In this document: in pieces, positions 10,061 through 20,934 of the stretch
Position numbering within the stretch: the stretch's first letter is position 1
Layout of the letters: each line of letters starts with the position of its first letter
NCBI GenBank assembly: GCA_025361565.1
Contig: JANYKN010000004.1
Coordinates: 2,012-66,011, forward strand
Length of the DNA stretch: 64,000 nt
Origin: Bacteroidota bacterium
GTDB taxonomy: Bacteria; Bacteroidota; Bacteroidia; Bacteroidales; NBLH01
Direction of reading: 5' to 3'
The notes under the pieces: model-generated
Seen by the model: only the letters and a program-made list of their open reading frames with translations
What the model was told of the DNA's origin: nothing
Database searches by the model: none
Made by a program: the position numbers and the translations under genes

Positions 10061-11314
10061 TTATGAATTTTTAGTTTTCAACTCAAAAACCGTAATTTCA
10101 GGATCGGTACCAACCCTGCCGGGGAAACCAATATATCCTAAACCAATATTGACATATAAATGTTGGTTGTTCTCGGTATATAAGCCTTTCCATTTTTTAT
10201 ATTTAAAACTAACCGGACTCCAGCTATATCCACCAATATTAATTGCAAGCTGCATTCCATGTGTATGCCCCGAAAGGGTTAAAGCGATATCTGTTTTTTC
10301 AAGTACCTGGTAATCCCAATGGGTTGGATCGTGTGATAACAATACCTTAAAAGGGATATCTTTTGCTTTTTCCAATGCTAAATCTAATCTTCCAAATTGT
10401 GGAAAAGGTTTTTCACCCCAGTTTTCAACACCTAAAAGTGCTATTTTTTTGTTGTTTCTTTCAAAAATTTCGGAATCATTCATTAACAATTTAAATCCCA
10501 TTTGGGCATGATATTTTTTGAGTTTTTCAAGATTGGCAGATTTTTCTTCCGGGCTATTCCAATGAAAATAATCGCCATAATCGTGATTTCCTAAAATAGA
10601 AAATTTACCTTGTTTTGCCTTCAAAACAGAGAGTACATCCACCCAATCCTCAACTTCAGAGGCAATGTTATTAACCATGTCGCCTGTAAAAACTATGATA
10701 TCCGCATTTTGCCGGTTAATCATGTCCATCGCTTTTTCAAATTCCTTTTGTTGACCAATCAAGCTTCCTGTATGTAAATCAGAAAATTGGACTATTTTAA
10801 AACCATCAAATTCTGTTGGCAAATGATTAAAATATAGTGTCCTTTTATTCACAACGAAATTAAATCTTCCGATAATAATTCCATAAAGGAGTGAAAAAAA
10901 TGGGATCGCAGAAATAAAAAGACCCATCCTGCTAATAAATACCGATCTGGAAATACCATCGGCGCTGGTGTAGGCGAGGCTTTCAACTGGACTTAATTTT
11001 TTTGTAATCCATGCCAATATTTTAGTAATATCTTCAATAGCCTGAAAAAACAGTATAAATAATTTTGGTAAATAGCAAAGCACAAGTATAGCTCCAAGAT
11101 AAATGAATAGTTTATTTGACCGGAAATCGATTGAATTTCTCATCAATGAAAAATAGATTGCCACCGCAATAAAGATTAACGGAATTAGCCAGTAAATGCT
11201 ATAAATTGTTATTTTTAAACCAGGTACCACAGACGAAAACTGATTCCGGAATGCCCGAAAAACATACCAGTCAATGAATAATAGAAATAAAAAGACAAAT
11301 ATAAAACGGAACAT
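10061..11314 (-). CDS. Membrane-anchored metallophosphoesterase (calcineurin-like)
   Basis: 417 aa with N-terminal TM helices followed by the motifs FSDLHTG, FTGDMVN, GNHDY and SGHTHG. Confidence 0.8.
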   Translation of the reverse strand: MFRFIFVFLFLLFIDWYVFRAFRNQFSSVVPGLKITIYSIYWLIPLIFIAVAIYFSLMRNSIDFRSNKLFIYLGAILVLCYLPKLFILFFQAIEDITKILAWITKKLSPVESLAYTSADGISRSVFISRMGLFISAIPFFSLLYGIIIGRFNFVVNKRTLYFNHLPTEFDGFKIVQFSDLHTGSLIGQQKEFEKAMDMINRQNADIIVFTGDMVNNIASEVEDWVDVLSVLKAKQGKFSILGNHDYGDYFHWNSPEEKSANLEKLKKYHAQMGFKLLMNDSEIFERNNKKIALLGVENWGEKPFPQFGRLDLALEKAKDIPFKVLLSHDPTHWDYQVLEKTDIALTLSGHTHGMQLAINIGGYSWSPVSFKYKKWKGLYTENNQHLYVNIGLGYIGFPGRVGTDPEITVFELKTKNS

Positions 11315-11493
11315 ATTTAAGATTTTTTATTGTTAAAATGGTTCGCAAAGATAAAATAAATCGATATTTGAAAGCATGTCTAATTAAAAACCATTTGTTT
11401 TGATTTTAATATTTTATCTACCATTAATTTCCAATTAACTTGTATATTTGTTTATAGTTTATTTTGAAAAATGATTGAATAAAAATTGATAAA

Positions 11494-12216
11494 ATGAATT
11501 ACACCCAATTTATAGAGAATCCCAAAGAACATATTTTTACTATTTCTGGCCTAATTATATATTTTATTTTCAGATTGTTGCAATATTTTTTTACCAAAAA
11601 ACCAGAGATCAAATCAAAACTATTTTTAAGCAGGATATTTTATTTTATTGAAATAATGACCTGGTTTGCCTATTTATCTGAAGGTGTTAATCTTTTTGCA
11701 CAAAAAAACCTGTTTTTTTCAGGTTTATGTGGGTTCATACTATTACTCGGAATTGTATGGATATCATGGTTTATTTTAAAGGATTTTATTGCAGGGCTTT
11801 TTTTAAAAATGAACCAGGACATTAAATTAAATGAGATTATTGAATTTGACAATATTTCAGGAAAGGTTATCAAAATTGGAAGCAGAGATGTTGAACTTGA
11901 AATTGATGGTTCAAATACAATTAATATTCCTTTCAATCAATTTTTTATAAAAAGAATTATTCATACAGGGACTTCTGAGCATTGTGCAAAAGCTAATTTT
12001 GTTTTAAAACTAAACAAGAACTTAAATGCAATCGAAGCTCTAGATAATATTAAAGTTTTTATCTATCAACTTCCTTGGACGAGTAGCACCCATGAGCAAG
12101 ACGTTACGATTGAAAAAATGGATAAAGAAGGGACTTTAATTAAAATATGTGCATTGCTTTTTGATCAAAAATACATGGATAAATTCGAACAAATACTTAG
12201 GGAGCGTTTTGAGTAA
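11494..12216 (+). CDS. Small membrane protein, possibly MscS-family mechanosensitive channel-like
   Basis: 240 aa with 3 predicted TM helices, then ISGKVIKIGSRDVELEIDGSNTINIPFNQF, which resembles the MscS beta-domain. Confidence 0.4.
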   Translation: MNYTQFIENPKEHIFTISGLIIYFIFRLLQYFFTKKPEIKSKLFLSRIFYFIEIMTWFAYLSEGVNLFAQKNLFFSGLCGFILLLGIVWISWFILKDFIAGLFLKMNQDIKLNEIIEFDNISGKVIKIGSRDVELEIDGSNTINIPFNQFFIKRIIHTGTSEHCAKANFVLKLNKNLNAIEALDNIKVFIYQLPWTSSTHEQDVTIEKMDKEGTLIKICALLFDQKYMDKFEQILRERFE

Positions 12217-12377
12217 GGAACTAATGCAAAATAATATCTTTTTTATTTACATATTGGAGAACCAAATATTTGTATTATTTTAGTGATTCAAAAAGCGAAT
12301 CAAATTTTTAGCTTTATAAATTATTCATTTCGTGTAAGTGAATTAAATTCAAATTATTAACATTAAAATATTTAATT

Positions 12378-12644
12378 ATGCCAAGAGTAGTAACGGAAGC
12401 CTGCAAAGGTAAAAAACACGGTGATTGTGTTGAAGTATGTCCTGTAGATTGTTTTTTCGAATTGGACGATATGTTAGTTATAAACCCTGATGAATGTACC
12501 GATTGCGCTGCATGCGAGGCAGAATGTCCTGTTGAAGCAATTATGCCTGATGATGAGGCTGATGAAAAATGGGTAAAAATTAATGCAGGTGCAGATTTTT
12601 CTAAACTTAAAAATATCACATCAAAAGACCAGATTACACGTTAA
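12378..12644 (+). CDS. Ferredoxin (3Fe-4S/4Fe-4S, 7Fe type)
   Basis: 88 aa with the Cys pattern C..(7)..C...CP and C..C..C...CP ([14 protein letters not shown]; [12 protein letters not shown]). Confidence 0.85.
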   Translation: MPRVVTEACKGKKHGDCVEVCPVDCFFELDDMLVINPDECTDCAACEAECPVEAIMPDDEADEKWVKINAGADFSKLKNITSKDQITR

Positions 12645-12690
12645 TTGAAGTTTTTTGATAAATAAGTTTAAAATAATTAAATCTGATATA

Positions 12691-12733
12691 GCGCAAATGC
12701 AAAATTTTTAAATGCATTTGCGCTTTTCGTTTT
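12691..12733 (+). terminator. Rho-independent terminator after the ferredoxin gene
   Basis: An 11-bp stem, GCGCAAATGCA (12691-12701) with TGCATTTGCGC (12713-12723), is followed by TTTTCGTTTT. Confidence 0.7.
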
Positions 12734-12746
12734 AAACCATTCTGTT

Positions 12747-13253
12747 ATGGCAAATAAAAATGCTGAGTATTGGATAAATCATCTTTGTCTTTTGCCACAT
12801 CCTGAAGGTGGATACTACAAGGAAATATTTTCTTCTATAGATGAAATTGAACAGAAATGTTTATCTAAAAGGTTTATTGGAAATAGAAAATACTATACTT
12901 CCATATATTTCCTATTAAAAGATGAACAAGTTTCACATTTTCACCGGATTAAATCTGACGAAATCTGGAGTTTCCATGCAGGCAGTGTCCTTGATATTCA
13001 TATAATAGACGAAGATGGCAATTATTCTATAAAAAAACTGGGTTTGAATCCTGAAAAAGACGAAATACCGCAGCAAATTGTAAAAGCAGGTTCTTGGTTT
13101 GGTGCAAGTTTATGCAACCAAAAGGGATTTGCATTGGTTGGATGTTTTGTTTCGCCTGGCTTTGATTTTAATGATTTTGAGCTGGGAAATAGAAATGAAA
13201 TGTTGAATTTATATGCCATGCATGAAATAATTATTGGTAAGTTGACGGTTTGA
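12747..13253 (+). CDS. Cupin-fold protein (DUF985-like)
   Basis: 168 aa with LLPHPEGGYYKE near the N-terminus and SPGFDFNDFE, both typical of DUF985 cupins. Confidence 0.65.
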   Translation: MANKNAEYWINHLCLLPHPEGGYYKEIFSSIDEIEQKCLSKRFIGNRKYYTSIYFLLKDEQVSHFHRIKSDEIWSFHAGSVLDIHIIDEDGNYSIKKLGLNPEKDEIPQQIVKAGSWFGASLCNQKGFALVGCFVSPGFDFNDFELGNRNEMLNLYAMHEIIIGKLTV

Positions 13254-13564
13254 TTCGTGAATTTAATTCTTGAAAATTATTTCGGTTCTTTAATTTAAAT
13301 GTTATTTGCTCATTTTATTTCGACTCCTATTAACTTTCAAATTCAAAATTAGACATTCTAAATTTTCATTTACATTCCACTACTGGTCAATTATCTAAGT
13401 ATTCTTTTAACTTATAACGTTAAAATATTGCATTCTGATTTTTTCTTGTGATTATAAATGATATAGACGTTTCAAAATTTGCCTATAAAAATTGATATCT
13501 GCAATTTTATTCTTAACTTTATGCAAATAAAAAAATAAAATACTAATTTATAAGCGTTTATAAT

Positions 13565-14590
13565 ATGAAAGTAAAACAGAATAATAAACTAAATATGTTC
13601 AATGCCCTGACTTTGGTTATGGATAGTAACAAAAAAATATGGTCGAGAGTGAAGGAAATTGAAAAAGCGTACAAATCGTTTTTGGATGGAAATAATAGAT
13701 TGAATATTCTCAAAGAAGATCATGAAAAGAGTTTGCAGCAATTAATTGATAAAAAATCGGACGCACGAAAGAATTTAATTCTTGAAAGTATTCCCGTTGC
13801 TAATGTTATCATTGCTTTTTCAAATGAAAATAAACAAAAAGAATTGGCAAAAAAATCAAATTTTTCTAAAAATGAATTGAAAAAATCGAAAGATTTGGAT
13901 TTAGTTGAACATTCAAAAACAATCTGGCGCGAAGCTAAAAAATTGTACAATAAATCAATCGCTACTTCTGAATCTGTAAAATCAAAGGATAAGGAAAATG
14001 CCTTTAATATCCATAATTATGGTTTAACTGGCCAAATGATTGATAAACTTGAAATTGCTAATGTTGCTTTTATTGAGGCTCATTTAGAATTGAAAGACGC
14101 AATTTTGCATAAGAAAAAATGCAGTAATAAAATAACATCAATAATTAAAGCCAATAGCCGGATTTTAAAGAGTAAATTGGATTTGCTAATGAGTCTGTTT
14201 AAGATTTCAGATCCTACATTTTATAAAAAATATCTGGAAGCCAGAAAAGCTCATAAAGCCTCAAAAACCAAAACTGTTAGAGCTGATAATAAAAAAGCAG
14301 TTCATACGAGTGAAACTAAAATTGAAGAAACAATACCTGTGATTAAAGAAGTTAGTGCTATCAAAGTTGTTCCAAAAAGAAGAAGCAGGGCAAATCCGGT
14401 AGTTAAAAAGCCAATAGTTTCGGAACCTGTTAAAACTGTTACGGAAGCCTCAAAATCTTCAATAGTAAAACCTGAAGTGAAAAAAACAGTTGTTTCAAGA
14501 TCAACTTTAAAGAAGCCGATTGCTAGAAAACCTGTTGTAACATCAAAGGCGACTGAAAATAAAACAGTTACTGATGAAACAGTAAAATAA
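13565..14590 (+). CDS. Hypothetical protein with helical N-terminal part and Lys/Pro/Val-rich basic C-terminal tail
   Basis: 341 aa. From about aa 225 the tail carries repeated VKKP / KKPI / RKPV / VKPE units. I recognise no family. Confidence 0.45.
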   Translation: MKVKQNNKLNMFNALTLVMDSNKKIWSRVKEIEKAYKSFLDGNNRLNILKEDHEKSLQQLIDKKSDARKNLILESIPVANVIIAFSNENKQKELAKKSNFSKNELKKSKDLDLVEHSKTIWREAKKLYNKSIATSESVKSKDKENAFNIHNYGLTGQMIDKLEIANVAFIEAHLELKDAILHKKKCSNKITSIIKANSRILKSKLDLLMSLFKISDPTFYKKYLEARKAHKASKTKTVRADNKKAVHTSETKIEETIPVIKEVSAIKVVPKRRSRANPVVKKPIVSEPVKTVTEASKSSIVKPEVKKTVVSRSTLKKPIARKPVVTSKATENKTVTDETVK

Positions 14591-14616
14591 AAAAGTTTTT
14601 AAAATAGTTGCACAAG

Positions 14617-14655
14617 AAAATCCTTCCTTTTGATTAAAGGAAGGATTTTTGCATT
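14617..14655 (+). terminator. Rho-independent terminator
   Basis: AAAATCCTTCCTT ... AAGGAAGGATTTT hairpin followed by a T-rich tract. Confidence 0.65.
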
Positions 14656-14923
14656 TTAAGACTATTTTTTAGACTTATTACATAAAGAATTTACCATATA
14701 CGATTTATTGGATGTGTTCAAAAATTCAATAATTTTATTTTATTTTCAGTGTTCAGGTAAGGTTGAGCGACAAAAATTTAATTGTTTTATCAGAATGCCT
14801 GTTCATGTCTTTCTAATTGTATGTAAAAATTTGTAACTTAGCGCTTTCGCAAATTTTTTGTCAGTTGCAAATTAATTAATTACTGAAGCTTATATTTGAT
14901 TTTAGGTTTTTATTTGGATAAAT

Positions 14924-17005
14924 ATGGTATCATATTCTTATTTTAACAGAGATTTAAGTTGGTTATCATTTAATTATAGAGTTCTGCAAGAAGCTATGGA
15001 TGAGTCGCTTCCATTGTATGAACGTATTAAATTCCTGGCTATTTATTCAAATAATCTTGAAGAATTTTATCAGGTAAGGGTTAGTTATTACCGGCAATTG
15101 CTCGAAAACGACAGCTTGATGGACGAAAGAATTAGAAGTATAAATCCTGCAGGTACTTTAAAGTTGATTAATAGTATTGTTAGTCAGCATCAGACTGAAT
15201 TTCATGAGATGTTCAAAAAGATTATTGTGCCTGAGTTGCGTAAAAATAGAATATATCTGCTTGATAAAGGTGAATTGATTACCACTGAGCAAAGAGATTT
15301 TCTGGAACATATTTTTGATTCAGAAGTATTATCTACAATTCAACCAGTTTTGTTGGTAAAAAATAGAATTTATCCTTTTTTAAAATCAGGTCAGGTTTAC
15401 CTTGCACTTGAAATGTACAACAAGGAATCAAAATTCAAAGCTTTAAATAAACGACAATCGAAATATGGGATAATTAAATTACCAACAGATCATAATATTC
15501 CGAGATTTATTGAACTTCCGGTAGTAAATGGAAAATATCCGATTATTTTTCTTGATGATATGATCATGCATTTTATCCATAAAATTTTCCCTGGTTATTT
15601 GGTTCGAAGCTGGCATTCGATAAAATTAACACGAGATGCGGATTTAGATTACGATGAATTTGAAGGGGATGATTTGATAAAGGCTATTGCAGGCATAAGG
15701 GCTTCACGTTCGCTAGGGTCGCCAAATCGGTTTTTATATTTCAGGGATATGCCTGCAAGGATGCTTGATTATTTGACCAAAACACTGCATATTGATCCCT
15801 CAATTACTGTGAAAGGTGGCACACATCATAACTTTAGCGATTTTTTTGTTTTTCCAAATCCTTACACTCCTAGATTGGAAGAGCCTAAACTACCGAGAAT
15901 TAGAATACCTGACTTTGGCAATGGTTCTACAATTGCTGCCGCTGTTGCCAAAAGGGATTATTTATTGAGTGTTCCATATCAAACATACGATCATTTTATT
16001 CAATTTCTTAAACAAGCTGCCCAGGATGAAAGCGTTGAAGAAATAAAAGCTACACAATATAGAGTTGCCAGCCATTCCGAAGTTGTTGATACTCTGATGC
16101 TAGCTGCCGATAACGGAAAAAAAGTTACTGTTTTTGTAGAATTGAAAGCTCGCTTTGACGAAGAAGCAAATTTGAATTATGCACATGAAATGAAAAAGGC
16201 CGGGATCAAAATTATTTATAGTATCCCATATTTAAAAGTACATGCCAAATTAGCCTTAGTTATCAGAAAATCAGGATCTTCAATTATGAACCAGGTTTTT
16301 ATGGGCACCGGTAATTTTAACGAAAAAACTGCACGTTTATATGGAGATCATGGCTTATTTACTAGTAATTCTGGAATAGTTAATGATATTATGTGCTTGT
16401 TTAATCATTTGGAAGATCAACATTTAAAAATGGACTTTAAACATATTTTAGTTCCACGATTTAACATGATTGAACGGTTTGAGCAATTAATTGATAATGA
16501 AATACAACAAGTAATAAATGGAAATAAAGGTTATATATTATTAAAAATGAATGGCTTGCAAGATATTCGAATGGTAAATAAATTGTATGAGGCCAGTTCT
16601 AAGGGTGTGAAAATTGATTTGATTGTTAGAGGAGTTTGTATTTTGAAAACAGGACAGGAGTATAGTAAAAATATCAAAGTTATCCGTATCATAGATCGCT
16701 TTTTGGAGCATGCAAGAATTTTTGTTTTTCATAACAATGGAGATCACATTATTTATTTAGGATCAGCAGATTGGATGAACAGAAATCTTTACAGAAGAAT
16801 AGAATGTGATTTTCCGTTATATGATAAAAATTTAAAACAGGAAATATTGGATGTTCTTTCCCTGCAATTGAACGATAATGTAAAAGCCTGCCTAATTGAC
16901 GAAAATATGGAAAATGTTAGGATTATAAATGATAAACCAAAGATTCGGTCTCAAATTGCAACTTATGAATATTTTAGGAATAAATATGCGAAAATTGGAA
17001 TTTGA
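14924..17005 (+). CDS. ppk: Polyphosphate kinase 1
   Basis: 693 aa with an N-terminal YFNRDLSWLSFNYRVLQEA, PLD-like HKD-type segments (KVHAKLALV) and the typical PPK1 length. Confidence 0.92.
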   Translation: MVSYSYFNRDLSWLSFNYRVLQEAMDESLPLYERIKFLAIYSNNLEEFYQVRVSYYRQLLENDSLMDERIRSINPAGTLKLINSIVSQHQTEFHEMFKKIIVPELRKNRIYLLDKGELITTEQRDFLEHIFDSEVLSTIQPVLLVKNRIYPFLKSGQVYLALEMYNKESKFKALNKRQSKYGIIKLPTDHNIPRFIELPVVNGKYPIIFLDDMIMHFIHKIFPGYLVRSWHSIKLTRDADLDYDEFEGDDLIKAIAGIRASRSLGSPNRFLYFRDMPARMLDYLTKTLHIDPSITVKGGTHHNFSDFFVFPNPYTPRLEEPKLPRIRIPDFGNGSTIAAAVAKRDYLLSVPYQTYDHFIQFLKQAAQDESVEEIKATQYRVASHSEVVDTLMLAADNGKKVTVFVELKARFDEEANLNYAHEMKKAGIKIIYSIPYLKVHAKLALVIRKSGSSIMNQVFMGTGNFNEKTARLYGDHGLFTSNSGIVNDIMCLFNHLEDQHLKMDFKHILVPRFNMIERFEQLIDNEIQQVINGNKGYILLKMNGLQDIRMVNKLYEASSKGVKIDLIVRGVCILKTGQEYSKNIKVIRIIDRFLEHARIFVFHNNGDHIIYLGSADWMNRNLYRRIECDFPLYDKNLKQEILDVLSLQLNDNVKACLIDENMENVRIINDKPKIRSQIATYEYFRNKYAKIGI

Positions 17006-17096
17006 AACTAGACAACTCGGCAACTAGATAATTTGAAAATAGACTATTGATTCGAATTAAGCATTCACTCATTTACGCATCTATTCTTTCAATTGT

Positions 17097-20000
17097 TTAT
17101 GCAATTTTAAATCCAATCACTAAAATATCATCAACTTGCTCTAAATTACCTTTCCAGTTGTCAAATGTATTGTTCAAGATTTGTTTTTGTTCATCCAATG
17201 GTTTTTGATGGATTTCAATAATTAGGCTTTGGAATTGCTTAATCATGAATTTTTTACCTTCTTTTCCGCCAAATTGATCATTATAACCATCAGAAAATAA
17301 ATAGATTACATCGCTTGATTGAAGCTCGACAACATGATTGGTGAATGACTCTTTTTCTTTGTGATAGATACCAATTGGCATTCTGTCTGCTTTTAACTGA
17401 ATTAGTTCACCATTGCGTATGATATAAAGAGGATTGTATGCACCTGCATATTGAAGTTGCTTTTTATCATTATTGAAAACACATAGGGCAATGTCCATTC
17501 CATCTTTTGCTTCATCTTGTTTGCCGGTTTGCCGGAGTGATTTTTTAACGTGATCTCTTAATCCATTTAAAATATTGCTGGCAACTAATTTTTCGGCACG
17601 GTTCACTATTTCATTTAAAAAAGCAATTCCCAACATACTCATAAATGCACCTGGTACGCCATGGCCTGTACAATCAGCAACAGCAAGTACAGTTTCACCA
17701 TCCTTATGGGTCATCCAATAATAATCACCACTAACAATATCTCTTGGTTTGAAAAAGATAAAATGTTGTGGCAAAGTAGCATTCATGTATTCATCAGGAG
17801 GCAAAACAGCATTTTGAATCCTGCTGGCATATTGAATACTGTCAGTAATATTTTTATTTTTTAATTCAATTTCATAACGCTGTCTTTCAATTTCAGCTGT
17901 TCTTTTAATTACTTCAAGCTCAAGTCTTTCCTTGGCGCGTCGTAAACTGGCCAATCTTAACCTGAATGTGAGGTAAATCGATATGATAATGATAAGTATA
18001 AGGCTGACAACAAACCATGTTCGCTTCCAGAATGGTGGGCTTATTTCAAACGAAAATTCCGCTGTTTGATTTTCTGTCCAAATTCCTGGTTCATTGCTTA
18101 CCTGCACTTTAAAAGTAAATTTTCCGTATGGAAGATTTGAATAAATGGCAATCAATGATTTTGTTTCGTAACTCCAACCTAAATCATGCCCTTCAAGTTT
18201 GTACCTGTAAACCAATCTTTCGGGGGCTTTATACCAAAGTCCAATGTAGGAAAATTCCAAATGATTTTGATCATATTTTAGATTATTTATTTTTCCAAGT
18301 AACTCAATTTCAAGTGCTTTACTACTTGTAATTGCTATTTTAGGAAATAATTTTTGTTCTTTTTTAACATGGGGATTGTACTTGATTATACCTTGATTGG
18401 TACCAATCCAAATATCTCCCGTTTTATCTTTAAAAATAGCATTTAAATTTGGCCCTGTATAACTTACTCCATCTTCTTCTGCGTAATTTTGAAATTGATT
18501 TGATTCTTTATCATAAACAGAAATTCCATCATCGCCGGCAAAAATGCAATTACCATAATTATCGATAATCAAGCTTTGAAAAGTATTGCTAATCAGCTTG
18601 TTTTTTTTATTGAAATGAATGAAATGATTACCGTCGAATTTAAGTATTCCCTGATTTGCAGTGGTAAACCACATATTACCATCCAATTCTTCTGCAATGC
18701 CATAGATTACATTGCTGATTGAATCTGATTGATTGAATGTTTTAATCTCTTCTTTATCTTTAAAGGCCAGGCCGCCACCGTCTTTTGCAAACCATGTTCT
18801 GTTTTTTTTGTCAGTATATGTCGAATATATATAATTGCTTCCAAGTCCTTGGTTGGTCGATATATTTTCAAAACTGAGATTGGGAGTTGAAATATCACAA
18901 TAATTCACACCTCCTCCAAAAGTGGAAAGCCAAACTAAATTGCCTTTTCCTGATATTGAAAAAACATTGTTGTTGGTTAGTCCATTTTTATCATTATACC
19001 ATTTATAATCCTTTGCTTGAGGGCTAAAGCGATAAACTCCAAAACCATATGTTCCAACCCAGATATATCCCTTTGAATCTTCATAAACTGAAGTATATGA
19101 ATGATTTACAAACTTTGGTCCTTCTAATAATCGTTTTGATGTAAATTCTCCGGTAATTGATTTGGTTAGAATAAATAATCCATTTTTACAGCATATCCAA
19201 TAGTTTGAATTAGAATCAATGATAAAACCAAAAATTTCGTTTGAGGGCAATCCTTCATTCTCGTTTAGAAATTCAAATAAATCTCCGGTAAGCAAAGACA
19301 CTCCATTTTCAGCACCAATCCAAACATTTTTTTCTTTATCTTTAAAAACGCAATTGGTTTTGTCATTGATTAGTCCATTTTGTATTTGAAATTTCTTGTA
19401 GTCAAATGAATTGATATCTTTATAATTAAGTTTAATAACTCCTTCGTCCCTGGTACTTATCCATATTTCACCTTTGTTTTTGATTACAACATGGTTTATT
19501 TGGCCAAATTTCCACATTGGAATTGCTGTAATTTGCGAATTAGAAGGATTATAGATAGCAATTCCAGCATCTTCCATGCCTAACCATATCTTTCCATCAT
19601 CATCAATTTCAATGGCTTTTATTATATTATCAGGCAAACCATTTTTCATTGAAAAGTTTTTCCATTGATCTTTTTGTGTATCATAATTCAGAATTCCAAT
19701 ATCGGAACCAATCCATAAGTTACCTGATTTATCTATTTCTATATCATAAATATAATCGTCGCCTAGCTTACTGTCGGAATTATATCGTGAAACCGATTTT
19801 CCGGTTATTTTAAAAAGTCCATTTCCTAAGGAACCAATCCAGATGCAGTTTTTGGTGAAATAAATTCTTGAAACAGGTTCAGTTAAAGTACTATCGAGTG
19901 TCGTAAATTGTTTTATCGAATCATTCTCTAAAATGCTGATTTTTCCATTTTTGTGTCCAATCCAAATTCTGTTTTCTTCATCCTGGCTAATGGCTGTTAC

Positions 20001-20255
20001 AAAATTATCGGCCAGGTTTTCATCGATTGTATAGGTCAAATAATTGATTCCATCGTATCTGATAAGTCCTTCGGAAGTTCCAAACCAAATGTATCCAAAA
20101 TGGTCTTGAAAGATGGTATTAACCGTGTAATTTTTCTTTCCTTTGGCTACATTGTAATTTTTAAAATGTGGGCTCTGTGCATTGATAGCATTGGATGAAA
20201 GTAATATTAATACGACGATGAATATTATTTTACAAATGGAACATTTAGTTGACAT
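17097..20255 (-). CDS. Periplasmic beta-propeller (Reg_prop repeats + Y_Y_Y) sensor fused via one TM helix and a coiled coil to a PP2C/SpoIIE protein phosphatase
   Basis: There are many repeats of the IWIGT..GL..Y type, then LVYRYKLEGHDLGW (Y_Y_Y-like), the TM segment WFVVSLILIIIISIYLTF and a C-terminal SpoIIE-like domain (SGDYYW, DCTGHGVPGAFMS, DGMDIALC, SDGYNDQFGG, DDILVIGFKI). The start is trimmed to MSTKCSICKIIFIVVLILL (ATG 20255-20253), because the track start at 20339 overlaps the upstream gene. Confidence 0.8.
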   Translation of the reverse strand: MSTKCSICKIIFIVVLILLSSNAINAQSPHFKNYNVAKGKKNYTVNTIFQDHFGYIWFGTSEGLIRYDGINYLTYTIDENLADNFVTAISQDEENRIWIGHKNGKISILENDSIKQFTTLDSTLTEPVSRIYFTKNCIWIGSLGNGLFKITGKSVSRYNSDSKLGDDYIYDIEIDKSGNLWIGSDIGILNYDTQKDQWKNFSMKNGLPDNIIKAIEIDDDGKIWLGMEDAGIAIYNPSNSQITAIPMWKFGQINHVVIKNKGEIWISTRDEGVIKLNYKDINSFDYKKFQIQNGLINDKTNCVFKDKEKNVWIGAENGVSLLTGDLFEFLNENEGLPSNEIFGFIIDSNSNYWICCKNGLFILTKSITGEFTSKRLLEGPKFVNHSYTSVYEDSKGYIWVGTYGFGVYRFSPQAKDYKWYNDKNGLTNNNVFSISGKGNLVWLSTFGGGVNYCDISTPNLSFENISTNQGLGSNYIYSTYTDKKNRTWFAKDGGGLAFKDKEEIKTFNQSDSISNVIYGIAEELDGNMWFTTANQGILKFDGNHFIHFNKKNKLISNTFQSLIIDNYGNCIFAGDDGISVYDKESNQFQNYAEEDGVSYTGPNLNAIFKDKTGDIWIGTNQGIIKYNPHVKKEQKLFPKIAITSSKALEIELLGKINNLKYDQNHLEFSYIGLWYKAPERLVYRYKLEGHDLGWSYETKSLIAIYSNLPYGKFTFKVQVSNEPGIWTENQTAEFSFEISPPFWKRTWFVVSLILIIIISIYLTFRLRLASLRRAKERLELEVIKRTAEIERQRYEIELKNKNITDSIQYASRIQNAVLPPDEYMNATLPQHFIFFKPRDIVSGDYYWMTHKDGETVLAVADCTGHGVPGAFMSMLGIAFLNEIVNRAEKLVASNILNGLRDHVKKSLRQTGKQDEAKDGMDIALCVFNNDKKQLQYAGAYNPLYIIRNGELIQLKADRMPIGIYHKEKESFTNHVVELQSSDVIYLFSDGYNDQFGGKEGKKFMIKQFQSLIIEIHQKPLDEQKQILNNTFDNWKGNLEQVDDILVIGFKIA

Positions 20256-20256
20256 T

Positions 20257-20820
20257 TTATTTTTTTTGTTTGAGAATAAATTTGACAGTGACATCAATTT
20301 TTTCAGATAATTTTTGGTTAACAATTGTAGGTATTTCAATATTATGATCTTTTAGCAATACATTAAATAAAGAACTGACCTGAATTTCACTTTTAGTAAT
20401 ATCTAAATCACACCGGATAGTCATCGGATTTTCTTTTCCATGTATCGAAAACTTGCCTTTGGCTCTTACTTTATAAGCTCCTGGCGTTTTAAAATCGATA
20501 TCTTCAATTATTTTTCCTTTAAAAGTTGCATCTGGAAATTTATCAGATTCAATATAATTTTCGTTGAAATGAATTTTCTGCAATGGACTGTTAAATCCTT
20601 CAAAACTCTTCATAGGAACAGCAAATGAAAATTCTTTATCAGTAATATTCAAAATCCCTGCCAGCTTGTTTGAAGTTGCTTTGATGATCTCCAATGGTGC
20701 TTCTGATTGAAAATTTACTTTTCCATTGGTTGTATAATACAGATTGTTATCGAATGTAAATGAGGTTAAGAGCCCCATCAAAATTAAAATTCCAATAAAA
20801 TTAGCTTGTTTTGATTTCAT
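20257..20820 (-). CDS. YceI-like (polyisoprenoid/lipid-binding) periplasmic protein, copy 1
   Basis: 187 aa with a signal peptide, KVNFQSEAPLEIIKATSNKLAGIL and HFNENYIESDKFPDATFKGKI, which are typical of the YceI family. Confidence 0.8.
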   Translation of the reverse strand: MKSKQANFIGILILMGLLTSFTFDNNLYYTTNGKVNFQSEAPLEIIKATSNKLAGILNITDKEFSFAVPMKSFEGFNSPLQKIHFNENYIESDKFPDATFKGKIIEDIDFKTPGAYKVRAKGKFSIHGKENPMTIRCDLDITKSEIQVSSLFNVLLKDHNIEIPTIVNQKLSEKIDVTVKFILKQKK

Positions 20821-20934
20821 CTGTTTTATTTTAAATATTTTTTATTTGTCTAATATAACATCCTTAATATCATTTATTTGTGGGTGTAATTTTAAAAACT
20901 CGGATGATTCATGACAAATTCTATATATTATTGT

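Noticed and set aside
17062-17075. The 14-mer CATTCACTCATTTA is shared between 17062-17075 and 52547-52560.
   Set aside because: In 64 kb of AT-rich sequence several exact 14-mer coincidences are expected by chance, and the flanks do not align.
20256-20339. N-terminal 28-aa extension of the PP2C sensor ORF overlapping the YceI gene. There are similar upstream extensions at 23208-23249, 34300-34338 and 63730-63774.
   Set aside because: In each case an internal Met is directly followed by a signal peptide, lipobox or the radical SAM motif. The longer forms overlap an upstream gene or a repeat element.
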